This document shows positions 30,048-40,500 of a stretch of 64,000 bases of DNA, piece by piece. The position numbers and the translations under genes were made by a program. The DNA is from Phycisphaeraceae bacterium (lineage in GTDB: Bacteria; Planctomycetota; Phycisphaerae; Phycisphaerales; Phycisphaeraceae): positions 1,664,001-1,728,000 of the forward strand of contig OY771506.1 of assembly GCA_963674705.1 (NCBI GenBank), read 5' to 3'. How positions within the stretch are numbered: the first letter of the stretch is position 1; every line of letters starts with the position of its first letter. A model generated the notes under the pieces. It worked only from the letters and a program-made list of their open reading frames with translations, had not been told where the DNA came from and did no database searches.

Positions 30048-30584
30048 CGGATACCTTCCGAGTGTTGTGCGGGAACTGACAAAAACGATCCGTCCGTCGT
30101 TGCGACCTCTTTATCAGGCGGATTGGAAAACTGCCTTGTTATGTCAAACAATCCTTGGATATCGAGGTACGCTTGAAACAGGATAGCAAAATTTAAGCAA
30201 ATTGTTAAGATCGATACGATCGCAGATTTATAAATGCGCAAGTCATTTCGCGCATGGTAATCCACGCGCGGTAAACATCAAGTAAAAATACCTTCAAGAT
30301 TGTTATGCTTGCTGACAGGGTTAGACCGAAAAGCGTAAGCCTGTCTGAAATGGTTCTATTCACAAAGCATAACGCTTCAAATTAACAGACATCATTTCAT
30401 AAGTGAATCGCACTTAGGGCTGCGGTCTTATGCAAAAGCGATCTTTAAATGGTATCTGTTCTGATAAAGCCGATAAGAAGTGTATAATTTCATCGTTTCC
30501 AACATGCCCGCTTTTTTGAGAAACAGTAAGGTCAGGTGTTGGGCTATTCCTTTACAGGTGTTCGTAAACAGGAAGGATTTGCGG

Positions 30585-32252
30585 ATGAGCAAGTCGCATG
30601 GGTGCTGGTCCAGGCGGATTCACATTTTTCTAACAGCTCTACTGATTGCAGGATGTCAGCCGATGACAGAAGTCGATAAACAAAACCCCACCGAGCAGCC
30701 GATGCAAACGGGTAAGTTCGAGCCGACGTGGGATTCACTTACCCAGTACGAAACACCCGGATGGTTCCGTGACGCGAAGTTCGGCATCTGGGCGCACTGG
30801 GGACCGCAGTGCGAGCCGGAAAGCAGCGACTGGTACGCAAGGCACATGTACAGCCAGGGACACTGGCAGTACAACCGGCACGTCGAGCGGTACGGCCACC
30901 CGTCGAAGTTCGGTTTCAAGGATGTGATCCACGAATGGAAGGCGGAGAACTGGAACCCGGATGAACTGGTCGGGCTCTACAAGCGGGCCGGGGCACAGTA
31001 CTTCTTTGCGATGGCGAACCATCATGACAACCTTGATATGTGGGACAGCACGTATCAGCCCTGGAACTCCGTCGCTGTCGGGCCGAAGCGCAACATCATC
31101 GGCGAATGGGCGGAGGCTGCGAAGAAGCACGGGCTGCGGTTCGGCATCAGCGTGCACGCGGCGCATGCGTGGAGCTGGTACGAGACGGCACAGGGCGCTG
31201 ATCGCGAGGGGCCGCTCGCCGGTGTGCCTTACGATGGCAAACTCACCAAGGCTGACGGCAAAGGCACATGGTGGGAAGGGCTCGACCCGCAGGACCTTTA
31301 CGAACAGGACCATACGCCAAGCCCCGACTTCCAGAACCTGGGCAAGATCCACGGGCGTTGGGAATGGGGCGGCGGCGCGAGTAAGCCCGATGAAGCATAC
31401 TGTCAGAAGTTCTACAACCGCACCGCAGACTTGATCAACAAGTATCACCCCGACCTGATCTACTTCGACGATACCGCCCTGCCGTTGTGGCCTGTCAGTG
31501 ATGTCGGGCTCAAGATTGCAGCGCATTATTACAACAGCAACATGCTCCGTCATGACGGCAAGCTCGAAGCGGTGCTCTTCGGTAAGGTGCTTGATGAGCA
31601 GCAGCAACAGTGCATGACCTGGGACATCGAACGCGGCACGAGCCCGCGCATCGAGCCTTTGGCTTTCCAGAGTGATACCTGCCTGGGGAGCTGGCACTAC
31701 GACCGCGGTATCTATGAACGCGGCGATTACAAGTCCGCGACGCTTGTCATCCACATGCTCGCTGACATCGTCAGCAAGAACGGCAACCTGCTGCTTAGCG
31801 TGCCGGTGCGCGGTGACGGCACGATCGATGAAAAAGAACGCGCGATCGTCGAAGCGATCGGCGACTGGATGCAAGTCAACAGCGAAGCGATCTTCGCGAC
31901 GCGGCCGTGGAAAGTCTTAGGCGAGGGCCCGGCGATCGCAGACGCCCCACCGATCGAAGCGCAGGGATTCAACGAAGGCAAAGGCAAGCCGTTTACCTCG
32001 AAGGATATCCGCTTCACGACCAAGCCCGGCGTGATCTATGCGATCACATTGGGTCTACCTGATGAAGCGATAGAGATTGAGTCGTTCGGTAAAGATTCAC
32101 CGTTGCTCGATTCATCGATCCGCAATGTGCGATTACTCGGCAGCAATGAGAAGCTGGACTGGACGCAGGCGGGTGAAGCGTTGACGATTCAAACACCGAC
32201 AAAGTACCCGACGCAGCACGCGGCAGTGTTTGTGGTGGAGTTGGGGGATTGA
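30585..32252 (+). CDS. Alpha-L-fucosidase (GH29), probable lipoprotein
   Basis: WFRDAKFGIWAHWG, HHDN, PDLIYFD, DIVSKNGNLLL; lipobox LIAGC. Confidence 0.93.
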   Translation: MSKSHGCWSRRIHIFLTALLIAGCQPMTEVDKQNPTEQPMQTGKFEPTWDSLTQYETPGWFRDAKFGIWAHWGPQCEPESSDWYARHMYSQGHWQYNRHVERYGHPSKFGFKDVIHEWKAENWNPDELVGLYKRAGAQYFFAMANHHDNLDMWDSTYQPWNSVAVGPKRNIIGEWAEAAKKHGLRFGISVHAAHAWSWYETAQGADREGPLAGVPYDGKLTKADGKGTWWEGLDPQDLYEQDHTPSPDFQNLGKIHGRWEWGGGASKPDEAYCQKFYNRTADLINKYHPDLIYFDDTALPLWPVSDVGLKIAAHYYNSNMLRHDGKLEAVLFGKVLDEQQQQCMTWDIERGTSPRIEPLAFQSDTCLGSWHYDRGIYERGDYKSATLVIHMLADIVSKNGNLLLSVPVRGDGTIDEKERAIVEAIGDWMQVNSEAIFATRPWKVLGEGPAIADAPPIEAQGFNEGKGKPFTSKDIRFTTKPGVIYAITLGLPDEAIEIESFGKDSPLLDSSIRNVRLLGSNEKLDWTQAGEALTIQTPTKYPTQHAAVFVVELGD

Positions 32253-32276
32253 TTGAGCTGTATCAAGCCTGTTCTA

Positions 32277-32465
32277 CTCCCTCTCCCCCTGGGAGAGGGC
32301 CGGGGTGAGGGCCGTTTTGCATTCAATCTGCACAAACCAAACACGATGATGACTTGTTTGTTCCACCAGCGTCAGAAGTCTTAACACACAATCAATCCGG
32401 CCCTCACCCTCACCCTCTCCCGCGGGGAGAGGGGATTGGGGCGAGCAAGCTCGCCCGCTAAACGG
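32277..32465. mobile_element. Full-length family A element followed by a GTTTAGC-type REP-like hairpin
   Basis: Inverted arms at 32277-32314 and 32396-32434, then GGGCGAGCAAGCTCGCCCGCTAAAC. Confidence 0.75.
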
Positions 32466-32481
32466 GGGTGCGGATGTGTTG

Positions 32482-33453
32482 TTATGCGCCAAGCGCTGAT
32501 TGTTCGGCGATGATGCGGTCTTGCAGTGCGTCGTCTTCAGTGTTGTAGTTGTTGGCATCAGGTGGGAATTGTCCGGCGACCAGTTTCATGCCTTGCCAGG
32601 GATCGATCGGGCAGTCGAAGTCGCCGACGACTGACTTGATCTTTGTGTTGTCGAATACGAGCGACATCGCTTTGTCACCCATCAAGGGCCCCTCCCAGTC
32701 ACGGTTGTAGCGCACGAGCGTTTCAGTCGGTATGTGTACGAGCTTGTAGTCCGTGACGCCGACCGCCTCGGCGACCGCCTGCATGATGACGTTCCACGAC
32801 CATGCGTGATTGCTGGTGAGGTGGAAGTCTTCGCCGATGGCGTCGGGGCTGCCGAGTAATTTGACGAAGGGCGGCGCGAAGTCTTTGGCGTGGGTGATGG
32901 TCCAGAGCGACTCGCCGTCGCCATGCACGACGACCGGCTTGCCGCGCAGCAGGCGCGAGATGTCCAGGTTCCCGTGCGTGGGTGTGGGCATGTGTGTTCG
33001 GTAGGTGTGGCTGGGGCGGACGATCGTCCAGGAGAGTTTGGATTGTGCCCGTAATAGTTTTTCCATCTCCGCCTTGGCACGCGAGTACGGCCAGTACGGA
33101 TTGTCCAGCGGCGTGCGCTCCGTGATCGGCCAGCGGCGCACCGGCTTCTGGTAGCACGATGCCGAGCTGATGAATACGTATTGCCCGCAGTGGCCGGTGA
33201 AGAGGTTGATGTCGCGCTTGATTTCGTCGGGTGAGAACAGGTGGAACTGGCAGATCACGTCGAAGTTTTCATCGGCGAGCTGGCCGTAGGCCGCGTCGTC
33301 TTGGATGTCGCCGGTGATAAAGCGGATACCGTCGGGCAGTCCGGCGTTGTTGTTGCCGCGGTTGTAGACGCAGACTTCGTCTCCGAGTTTCACGGACTGG
33401 TGGATGCAATCGAAACTGATCTCACCGGTACCGCCGATGTAGAGGACTTTCAT
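32482..33453 (-). CDS. NAD-dependent epimerase/dehydratase (extended SDR)
   Basis: IGGTGEIS, YVFISSASCY, YSRAK, IVRPSHTY. Confidence 0.9.
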   Translation of the reverse strand: MKVLYIGGTGEISFDCIHQSVKLGDEVCVYNRGNNNAGLPDGIRFITGDIQDDAAYGQLADENFDVICQFHLFSPDEIKRDINLFTGHCGQYVFISSASCYQKPVRRWPITERTPLDNPYWPYSRAKAEMEKLLRAQSKLSWTIVRPSHTYRTHMPTPTHGNLDISRLLRGKPVVVHGDGESLWTITHAKDFAPPFVKLLGSPDAIGEDFHLTSNHAWSWNVIMQAVAEAVGVTDYKLVHIPTETLVRYNRDWEGPLMGDKAMSLVFDNTKIKSVVGDFDCPIDPWQGMKLVAGQFPPDANNYNTEDDALQDRIIAEQSALGA

Positions 33454-33480
33454 GGTTTACCCTTGTATCAAGATAAAAAG

Positions 33481-33650
33481 AAACCGCTAAGGTGCAGAGT
33501 TTGCAAAGAAAAAGCCACCGATGAACACGGATGAACTCAGATGAAGAATCGTGAGGGGGTTTTGTCCTCCTTTTCTTATCCGTGTTTATCTGTATTCATC
33601 CGTGGCTGATTGTACTTCCTAACTTCGCGCTCTTCGCACCTTCGCGGTTT
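33481..33650. repeat. Nested inverted-repeat element: family C 10-mer pair inside a 9-mer pair
   Basis: Inner AGCCACCGATGAACACGGATGAACTCAGATGAAGAA / TTCTTATCCGTGTTTATCTGTATTCATCCGTGGCT; outer AAACCGCTAAGGTGC / GCACCTTCGCGGTTT. Confidence 0.8.
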
Positions 33651-33669
33651 ATCTACGATTAATCGATTA

Positions 33670-34380
33670 CTACTCGGCGTGGGTGAGTTCCGTGCGGTCG
33701 TACGGGCAGTAGTTGTAATCGCCGCGGAAGTCCCGGCCGCACTTGCTGCAATGCTTGGGGACCAGCAGCGACGGCAGCGGGGTCTGGACCTCGAACGACA
33801 GGTCGTTGAGCTTCATGGTGAATTCACCTTTGTTTACGGCATCTGCGATCACGCGGCCCGTGCTGTCCTTGCGTGGGAAGATGACGAACGACATGTTCTG
33901 ACCCATGGGGCCGAGCATGTTCTGCAGGACCGGACGCATCGAACCGACGAGCATCATCATGTCCGGGGCAACCTTGTTGTCATCCAAAGGCTTGACCTCT
34001 TCGCCGTCGGCGTTGATCAGGATGATCTGTTGACGCACCTGGCTCGGTGGGACGAACCTGACGCCGCCGAACGGGCCCATCTGGCCGTCGACGCATATCA
34101 CCATGGTGTATTGTGAAACCAGGTCGGTGACTTCCTTGATGCCTTCTTCGGTGGTTGTCGGGTCCGAGGCCAGCGAGACTGCCCAGAACTCGTCCGGCAG
34201 CCACCACATCAACGTCATCCGATCCGTTTCATCTGTTGAAAACTGCGTATCCGCAAGCACGTCGTTGATCGATACATCTTTGATCGGCCGCAGATGGATT
34301 TCTTCCTGCGCCCAGGCGGCCTGTGCCGAGAATAAACCAACCAACACTGTCAGGACAACGAGGCGTAGAGCGTGGGACAT
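33670..34380 (-). CDS. Secreted hypothetical protein with a C-terminal zinc-ribbon-like motif
   Basis: Signal peptide AWA-QE; HCSKCG...YCPYD. Confidence 0.7.
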   Translation of the reverse strand: MSHALRLVVLTVLVGLFSAQAAWAQEEIHLRPIKDVSINDVLADTQFSTDETDRMTLMWWLPDEFWAVSLASDPTTTEEGIKEVTDLVSQYTMVICVDGQMGPFGGVRFVPPSQVRQQIILINADGEEVKPLDDNKVAPDMMMLVGSMRPVLQNMLGPMGQNMSFVIFPRKDSTGRVIADAVNKGEFTMKLNDLSFEVQTPLPSLLVPKHCSKCGRDFRGDYNYCPYDRTELTHAE

Positions 34381-34434
34381 GAGTCGATCCTTTTTTGAAG
34401 AGGATGTTGATGAGTAATCAGATCAATGTGCAGA

Positions 34435-35658
34435 TTAAATCTTCGGCTTCTGCTTCAAGCCGCGTACCTGCATGGGCAGGCCGAACAGGTCGATGAAGCC
34501 GCGGCCGGCGGTGACGTCGAACTTGTCCATGGCGAAGCTGGCGAGGTCCAGGTCGTACAGGCTCTTGGGGCTTTCGGAGGCAACAGCCTGGGCGCGGCCC
34601 TTGTAGAGCTTGACGGTGACGGTGCCGGTGACGACTTTGTTGGTTTCGTCGACGAAGGCCTGCATCGCTTCGCGCAGCGGGTGGAACCACTGGCCGTTGT
34701 AGGTCAGTTCGGCGTAGCGCAGCGCGAGTTGCTGCTTGTAGTGATAGGTGTCGCGTTCAAGGCAGAGCTGTTCAAGTGCTTTGTGCGCTTCGTAAAGGAT
34801 GGTGCCGCCGGGTGTTTCGTATACGCCGCGCGACTTCATGCCGACGAGCCGGTTTTCTACCAGGACGGTGGTGCCGACGGCGTGCTGGCCGCCGATGTTG
34901 TTGAGCATCTGGATCAGGTCGTGGCCGGCGAGTTTCTTGCCGTCGACGGAGATCGGCACGCCCTTGTCGAAGCCGACCTTGACGTATTGCGGCTTGTTCG
35001 GGGCCTTGCTGACGGGCAGCGTCATGACCAGGCACGCGTCGAGCGGTTCGTTGGCCGGGTTTTCGATCTCGGCGCCCTCGTGGGAGATGTGCCAGAGGTT
35101 TCGATCGCGTGAGTAGATCTTCTTCTTGGACTGATCGACCGGGACGTTGTGGGCGTTGGCGTAGTCGACAGCGGCCTCACGGCTGGTGAGTTCGAAGGTC
35201 GGGTCTTTCCAGGGGCTGATGACTTTGAGCTTGGGGTTGAGCGCGCGATAGGTCAGCTCGAAGCGGACCTGGTCGTTGCCCTTGCCTGTTGCGCCGTGGC
35301 CGACGGCATCGGCTTTGGTCTGCTTGGCGACGAGGACCTGGTGCTTGGCGATCAGCGGCCGGGCGATGGATGTGCCCAGCAGGTAATCCGATTCATAGAT
35401 CGCGTGAGCCCGGAGCATGGGGAAGCAGTACTGCTCGGCAAACTCCTTGCGCAGGTCCTTGATGACGACCTCATCGGCGCCGGATTCGTAGGCTTTCTTT
35501 TCGATGCCCTTGAGTTCATCGCCCTGCCCCAGTTCAGCGGCGAAGGCGACGAGTTTGACGCCGGGGTAGCGTTCCTTGAGCCAGGGGAGGATGACGGAGG
35601 TATCGAGGCCGCCGGAGTAGGCGAGGACGATTTTCTTCGGGTCGGCTTGTTTTGCCAT
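34435..35658 (-). CDS. argG: Argininosuccinate synthase
   Basis: LAYSGGLDTS, LGTSIARP, HGATGKGNDQVRF, KSRGVYETPGG. Confidence 0.98.
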   Translation of the reverse strand: MAKQADPKKIVLAYSGGLDTSVILPWLKERYPGVKLVAFAAELGQGDELKGIEKKAYESGADEVVIKDLRKEFAEQYCFPMLRAHAIYESDYLLGTSIARPLIAKHQVLVAKQTKADAVGHGATGKGNDQVRFELTYRALNPKLKVISPWKDPTFELTSREAAVDYANAHNVPVDQSKKKIYSRDRNLWHISHEGAEIENPANEPLDACLVMTLPVSKAPNKPQYVKVGFDKGVPISVDGKKLAGHDLIQMLNNIGGQHAVGTTVLVENRLVGMKSRGVYETPGGTILYEAHKALEQLCLERDTYHYKQQLALRYAELTYNGQWFHPLREAMQAFVDETNKVVTGTVTVKLYKGRAQAVASESPKSLYDLDLASFAMDKFDVTAGRGFIDLFGLPMQVRGLKQKPKI

Positions 35659-35919
35659 GGTTGCGATCCTTAACACAGAGGGTGCGAATCCGGCATGATA
35701 ACACGGGGTGTGGGCCAGCTAAAGCGGCGGTTTTGCAGGTGCGTGGTTCTGAGATTCATTGCAGTCCCAGTGGGGTATGTATCTATATAGACAGGAAGGC
35801 GGTGACACTGCTGCAATATTGCGGGCGTTCCATCTTGCCATGTTTGCCTAAACCCACTGTTTCGGGATGCTGGTGGATTTTGATAGGTAGGTAAACTGGC
35901 AAAAAAGGTGATGTTTATA

Positions 35920-35934
35920 GGGCATTTCGTTTGC
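35920..35934 (+). promoter_or_regulatory. Putative sigma-54 -24/-12 promoter
   Basis: GGGCATTTCGTTTGC gives GG-N10-GC with TTGC, upstream of a PEP-CTERM gene. Confidence 0.45.
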
Positions 35935-36264
35935 CGGGTGGCCGGGTGTGGGGTTTATTTGAAGGTACGGGAAACCGATCTGCGGTTTTCGGTATGTGTG
36001 TGCTCCTGGAGGCGGGGAAAGCCTCGTTGGCGGGATCGGATGTGCTCGGGACTTCACTTGGGCCCACTTCTAATCCGACACCGGGTCAACGACGGAAAAG
36101 CCCCATCAGCATCGGCGTGGATCGTGCGCTTCGGGAGCGTGATTTGTACGCCCGTATTGCCGGCTTGGCCTGTGGGTTAAGCCGGGGCGGGAGAAGTTTG
36201 GCCGAACCGGGATTGACCGGATGGTGTGTTTGCCGATCCGGACCGGCCAGTAAGGAGGAGAGAG

Positions 36265-37011
36265 ATGATCAAGACCGCTGCTTCGTGGATGCTGGGCCTG
36301 GCCCTGACGGCTTCGTTTACCGCTACGGCCAACGCCGCGTATATCAACTACGGCCACTTCGGCCCGGACTTCCCCGGCACGAGCATATACAAGGCTGTGA
36401 CCGAATCCTCCGGCACCGACGCGGTCCCGCTGTTTGATGTGCCCACGATTCATCACGATTCGCTGGACTTCGACCCCAAGTCGTTCGTCGCCAGCGCAGC
36501 CAATGGTCTGGCGGACATCACCGATGGGCAACTGAACTATACGCTTTTGGCGTTCCCCGGCAGCGGCGCTACCTCGATCGAGATCGCTGAGAGCGGCGAC
36601 TTCTCACTGATGGGTATCGGCGACGCGGCAACATTGGTCGCGGCCGGTTTGTCGATCGACATCGATATCCTGGAAGTCGACGGTGTGGCGCTGGTCGATC
36701 CGATCTCCTTCTATGCAAGCAGCAGCATGATCATTGACATGGTCAGCAGCGGCCAGGTTTTACTGGACCCATGGAGCAACGGCCTGGTGGTCGATCTGGC
36801 TGCCGTGCTGGTTGCAAACCAGATCGAGTTTGATTTGGGCGTGACCAAGGCTGAGATCGTCATCGATAACACACTGCAAGCGTTCAGCCAGGTCGGCACG
36901 ACCGCCTATATCGCCAAGAAGGACTTCACGATCACCACCCACATGGTCCCCGAGCCGGCCAGCATGGTGCTGATGAGCATGGGGTTGTTGTGCGTGCTGC
37001 GCCGTCGTTGA
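36265..37011 (+). CDS. PEP-CTERM protein
   Basis: RBS AAGGAGG, signal peptide ANA-AY, ends VPEPASMVLMSMGLLCVLRRR. Confidence 0.9.
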   Translation: MIKTAASWMLGLALTASFTATANAAYINYGHFGPDFPGTSIYKAVTESSGTDAVPLFDVPTIHHDSLDFDPKSFVASAANGLADITDGQLNYTLLAFPGSGATSIEIAESGDFSLMGIGDAATLVAAGLSIDIDILEVDGVALVDPISFYASSSMIIDMVSSGQVLLDPWSNGLVVDLAAVLVANQIEFDLGVTKAEIVIDNTLQAFSQVGTTAYIAKKDFTITTHMVPEPASMVLMSMGLLCVLRRR

Positions 37012-37035
37012 GGACCGCATCAAAAACTAAAATAA

Positions 37036-37074
37036 AACAAGCCGGCGCTGAGAGGTGCCGGCTTGTTGTTTGTT
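37036..37074 (+). terminator. Intrinsic terminator, possibly bidirectional
   Basis: AACAAGCCGGCGC-tgagag-GTGCCGGCTTGTT followed by GTTTGTTT. Confidence 0.75.
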
Positions 37075-37107
37075 TACAGAACCTGAGCTTCTTGCTTGAC
37101 CATAAAT

Positions 37108-37161
37108 CGTCATTCCCGCGCAGGCGGGAATCCACGCGATTAATGAATCCCTGTACGTGGA
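37108..37161. repeat. GTCATTCCCGC...GGGAATCC-type palindromic element (dRS3-like)
   Basis: CGTCATTCCCGCGCAGGCGGGAATCCACG...CGTGGATCCCCGCGGGCGGGAATGAC. Confidence 0.8.
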
Positions 37162-37198
37162 TCCCCGCGGGCGGGAATGACAATGCATGCGTAAGTGT

Positions 37199-37252
37199 TC
37201 ACGCACTCGGCTTTATTAATTCAACCGTAATCAATAGTTCCTGTTGTGACAC
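37199..37252 (-). pseudogene. 17-codon stub (MSQQELLITV...), possible remnant of a deleted partner gene
   Basis: A GTG start overlaps the 3' end of 37231-37446 and the frame ends just before a palindromic repeat. Identity rests on recollection of similar gene pairs. Confidence 0.35.
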
Positions 37253-37446
37253 TTGTTAAGTCGCTCCAGGTAGAGCTGGTGCAGTTCCTGCTCGTTGAGG
37301 TCGGGGAAGCGCCGGCGCAGGCCGTCGCGGAAACGTCGACGTGTGTCTTTGGTGGGTTCGATCGCCTTGGCCAGGCGCTGCTGCGGCGTCATGCGTCGCA
37401 ACGCCTGTATATAGATCGCGTGATTGGGACGAGGTTTGGGGTTCAT
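37231..37446 (-). CDS. Small basic helical protein (antitoxin-like)
   Basis: LRRMTPQQRL...GLRRRFPDL...LYLERLNKCHNRNY. Confidence 0.65.
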   Translation of the reverse strand: MNPKPRPNHAIYIQALRRMTPQQRLAKAIEPTKDTRRRFRDGLRRRFPDLNEQELHQLYLERLNKCHNRNY

Positions 37447-37520
37447 ATCCAGTTCGGATCATAGAATCCTAAAGCGTTCTCACTACCGCCGAACTATTCT
37501 AGCAGACTATTGGTTAACCA

Positions 37521-40500
37521 TTATTCTGTTTTATTGCCGGGTTTCTGTATCGGCTCCTGGGCTCTACTCTGTATCTGATCCATCGCGCCGACGGGGTCGC
37601 GGAAGAAGTGTGGGGTCCAGATGTGGGTGAACTGCCAGCCGGTCCATTGGAAGATGCTTTGGCGATAGAGTTCCCATTCGATGGGGTCGGGGGCACGGTC
37701 GTAGCGGGTGAAGTCGCAGAGCAGGCCGACTGTGACGTCGTCCGGATTCTGTGGATGGTGAAGCGCGACGTCGATGCAGAAAGCTTCGTTGCCCCAGTGC
37801 ATGTCGCAGCCGATGCGTTTGTGTTCGGCGAGTTGTTGGCCCAGCGCCATGGCGAAGCCGGAGACGGGTGGGATGGGTCTGCGGATGACGGAGGGCTTGC
37901 CGGTGGTGGTTTGTTCGTTGGCCTGTTCGAGGATGCGGTTGTTCTCGTCGTACAACTCGGCAAGTTGCTCGGCGTAACGCAGGTATGCAAAGAGCAGCCA
38001 CGCACCGCTTGGCGCAGCACCGGCGGGCAGGTTTTCAACGGATAGATAGTTTTCGCGCGGGATGGAAGTGACGAGGTGGACCTCTTGCCTGGCGCGAGTG
38101 ACCAGGACGTTCAGTCGACGGCCGCCACCGGTGCGGCCGAGCGGGCCGAAGCGTCGGTAGAACTTGCCTTCTTTGTTCGGGCCGTATGTTGTAGAGATGA
38201 TGATGTGATCGCGTTCATCGCCCTGCACGTTTTCGAGGTTTTTGACGAACAGGCCCTCGTAGGAAGCGTCGCCGACGCGGGCGCGTGCCTTGGCAAGACG
38301 CGAAGCAAAGGCATCATCATCAACCGCGCGATCATCGAGCATGTCGACGATCAGGTCGCGTTGCGTGATGTTGAAGCAGGCGATGCCGATGGAAGGGGGA
38401 TCGGCCCGGCGTAGCAGGTCATCGACGATCTGCACGACGCGCTCCGCCTCGATGCGGTTGCAGCGGTTTTCGTAGATGCCGTCCGCACGATCAATGCGCA
38501 GCGGCGGGACGACGGCGCGGTTCTTCGGATGGCCCGGGATGGATTGCAGGCGGTTTTTGTAGAAGTGCTCGTTGGAGAACTCGATCAGGTCCGCGTTGCG
38601 CGAACGGTAGTGGACATCGAGGTAAGCCTCTTCGACCTGAAGATTCAGCGCGGCGGCGAGCAGGTCTTCGACCTCGGCCTGCTGGGCTTCGAACAAGTCC
38701 TGTTCGGTTTCCAGTTCTTCATCTTCGCTGACACTGATCGCGGCCTCGAAGAAGCGCGTGGGCGGAAGCTGCTTGGGGTCGCCCGCAATGACGACGCGCT
38801 TGGCGCGGGTCAGGACGGGCAGCGCCTCTTCGAGCCGGCACTGTGAAGCTTCGTCGAAGATGACGACATCAAACAACGGCTCACGCGGGAAGACCTGCGC
38901 GACGGTTTCAGGGCTCGCCATCCAGATCGGGCACATATCAAAGAGTGGGTCCGTTTCACCTTCCGCTAGATTGTTTCGGCCGACGGCGATCATCTGGCGC
39001 AGACGCATGGCGCGTTTGCCACGGACGAATAAACGTCGACGCAGGTCCGCGCCGGCGCTATTGAGCCGTGAACCCGTCATGGCAAGCAATCGGCTTCGCT
39101 GTTTTTCGACCCATTGATCGAGCACATAGTCACGAACGAGGACGCGCTTTTGCTCTTCGAGCTCGTGGTAACGTGAGAACAGGTGTGTCAATCGTTGGCT
39201 ATCGAGGCGGTTGAGTTCCGGGTTGGCCTGCAACCTGCGGCGGACTTCGGCTGCGAGGACACAGCGGATCAGAGCGGCGACGGCTTCGCCGGGTTCGATG
39301 CCTGCGGTGAGTGTGATGCGGATGTTTTTCGCGAGGTTTTCAGGTAGTTGCGATACGCCATCGTGGATACGCAGGACGGATTCGAGCGAGTCGAAACGCT
39401 TTTCGAGTTGTGCGAGTGTTTCGCCGGCCTGCTTGCCTTCACGCAGCTGGGTGAACGCCTGGGTAAGCCAAGCGGTGTTGAAGAGGCTGGAAGCGCGCAT
39501 GGATTGTTCAAGAGCTTGCAGCGATTCAGCACGCGCGGGGCTGCGTTTCAGGCCGTCGAGTAAGTTGAGTCTGTCGTCTTCGATTTGAATCGCGCGTTCG
39601 AGGGTGGCGGTCAGGTGTGTATCGTCTTTGACGAGATCGATCGCGCCTAGTGTGCAGGCGTAGCCGTCGAGCGTTTGGATGAGTTCGTCGTCGGGGCGGA
39701 GGGTGCGTGATTGCTGAGTGTTGAGTGTTGAATGCTGAGGGGAAGAAGATACCCGGCCCTTCGCTTCGCTCAGAGCCGGCGTTAGGGGGGCGGTGGTGTC
39801 TGCGGGTAATAGTTGGTTGGTGGTGTGGGTTAGCAGGAGGCGGTCGCGCAGGCCGGTGAAGAAAGCTTCGAGTTTGTTGGCGTCTTCGGTGTTGGCGCCG
39901 AGGCCGAAGCTGCCGAGTAGTTTGCCGGCCTTGCTCTTTAAGCCGAAGGCGAAGATGCGCGTCCAGCTCTGCATCTTTTGCTGATACCACTTCAGCAGGG
40001 TGATGTCTTCGTTGAGTTTGCGCAGGTTGGGCAGATCGCCGCCAAGGACGAGTGAGAGTTCGCCATCAAGTGGTTTATCGAGAGATTGTCTGCGGGCTTC
40101 GCTGTCGCGGATCGTCGCCAGGGCTTTACGGCGCGTATCGTCATCCATCGCAAGGACGTGTTTGCGGATCGCGTCGCTCGTTCGGCCGATGCGCTCGACT
40201 AACGGGATCAGCTTGTTACGCAGTTCGACTTGTTCCGGCAGCGACGAGTCGGGATCGAAGGGTGGGATGTTCTCATGCTTCGCATTGTCGGCGACACGCG
40301 CATCTTCAATACACGAAGCCAGAACACGGCGAAGTTCGTCGATCGGGCGTGCGAGGTAATCGTCGAGCGAACCGCCGGCACAGTTGGACCAGGGGTTGGT
40401 CTCGTAGCTGATGGATTCTGCACGTTGGAAGATGACTTCGATGTCATCGCTGCGTTTTTCGAAGATGTCGAGCGTGATGGTGGCAAGCGCATCCTCATCG

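Noticed and set aside
30469..30476. Sigma-28 promoter at a perfect GCCGATAA (also about 17437)
   Set aside because: No TAAA-like -35 element at 15-nt spacing.
35936..36262. Known riboswitch (cobalamin, c-di-GMP, TPP, SAM)
   Set aside because: The hallmark conserved motifs were not found by eye; kept only as an unknown structured leader.
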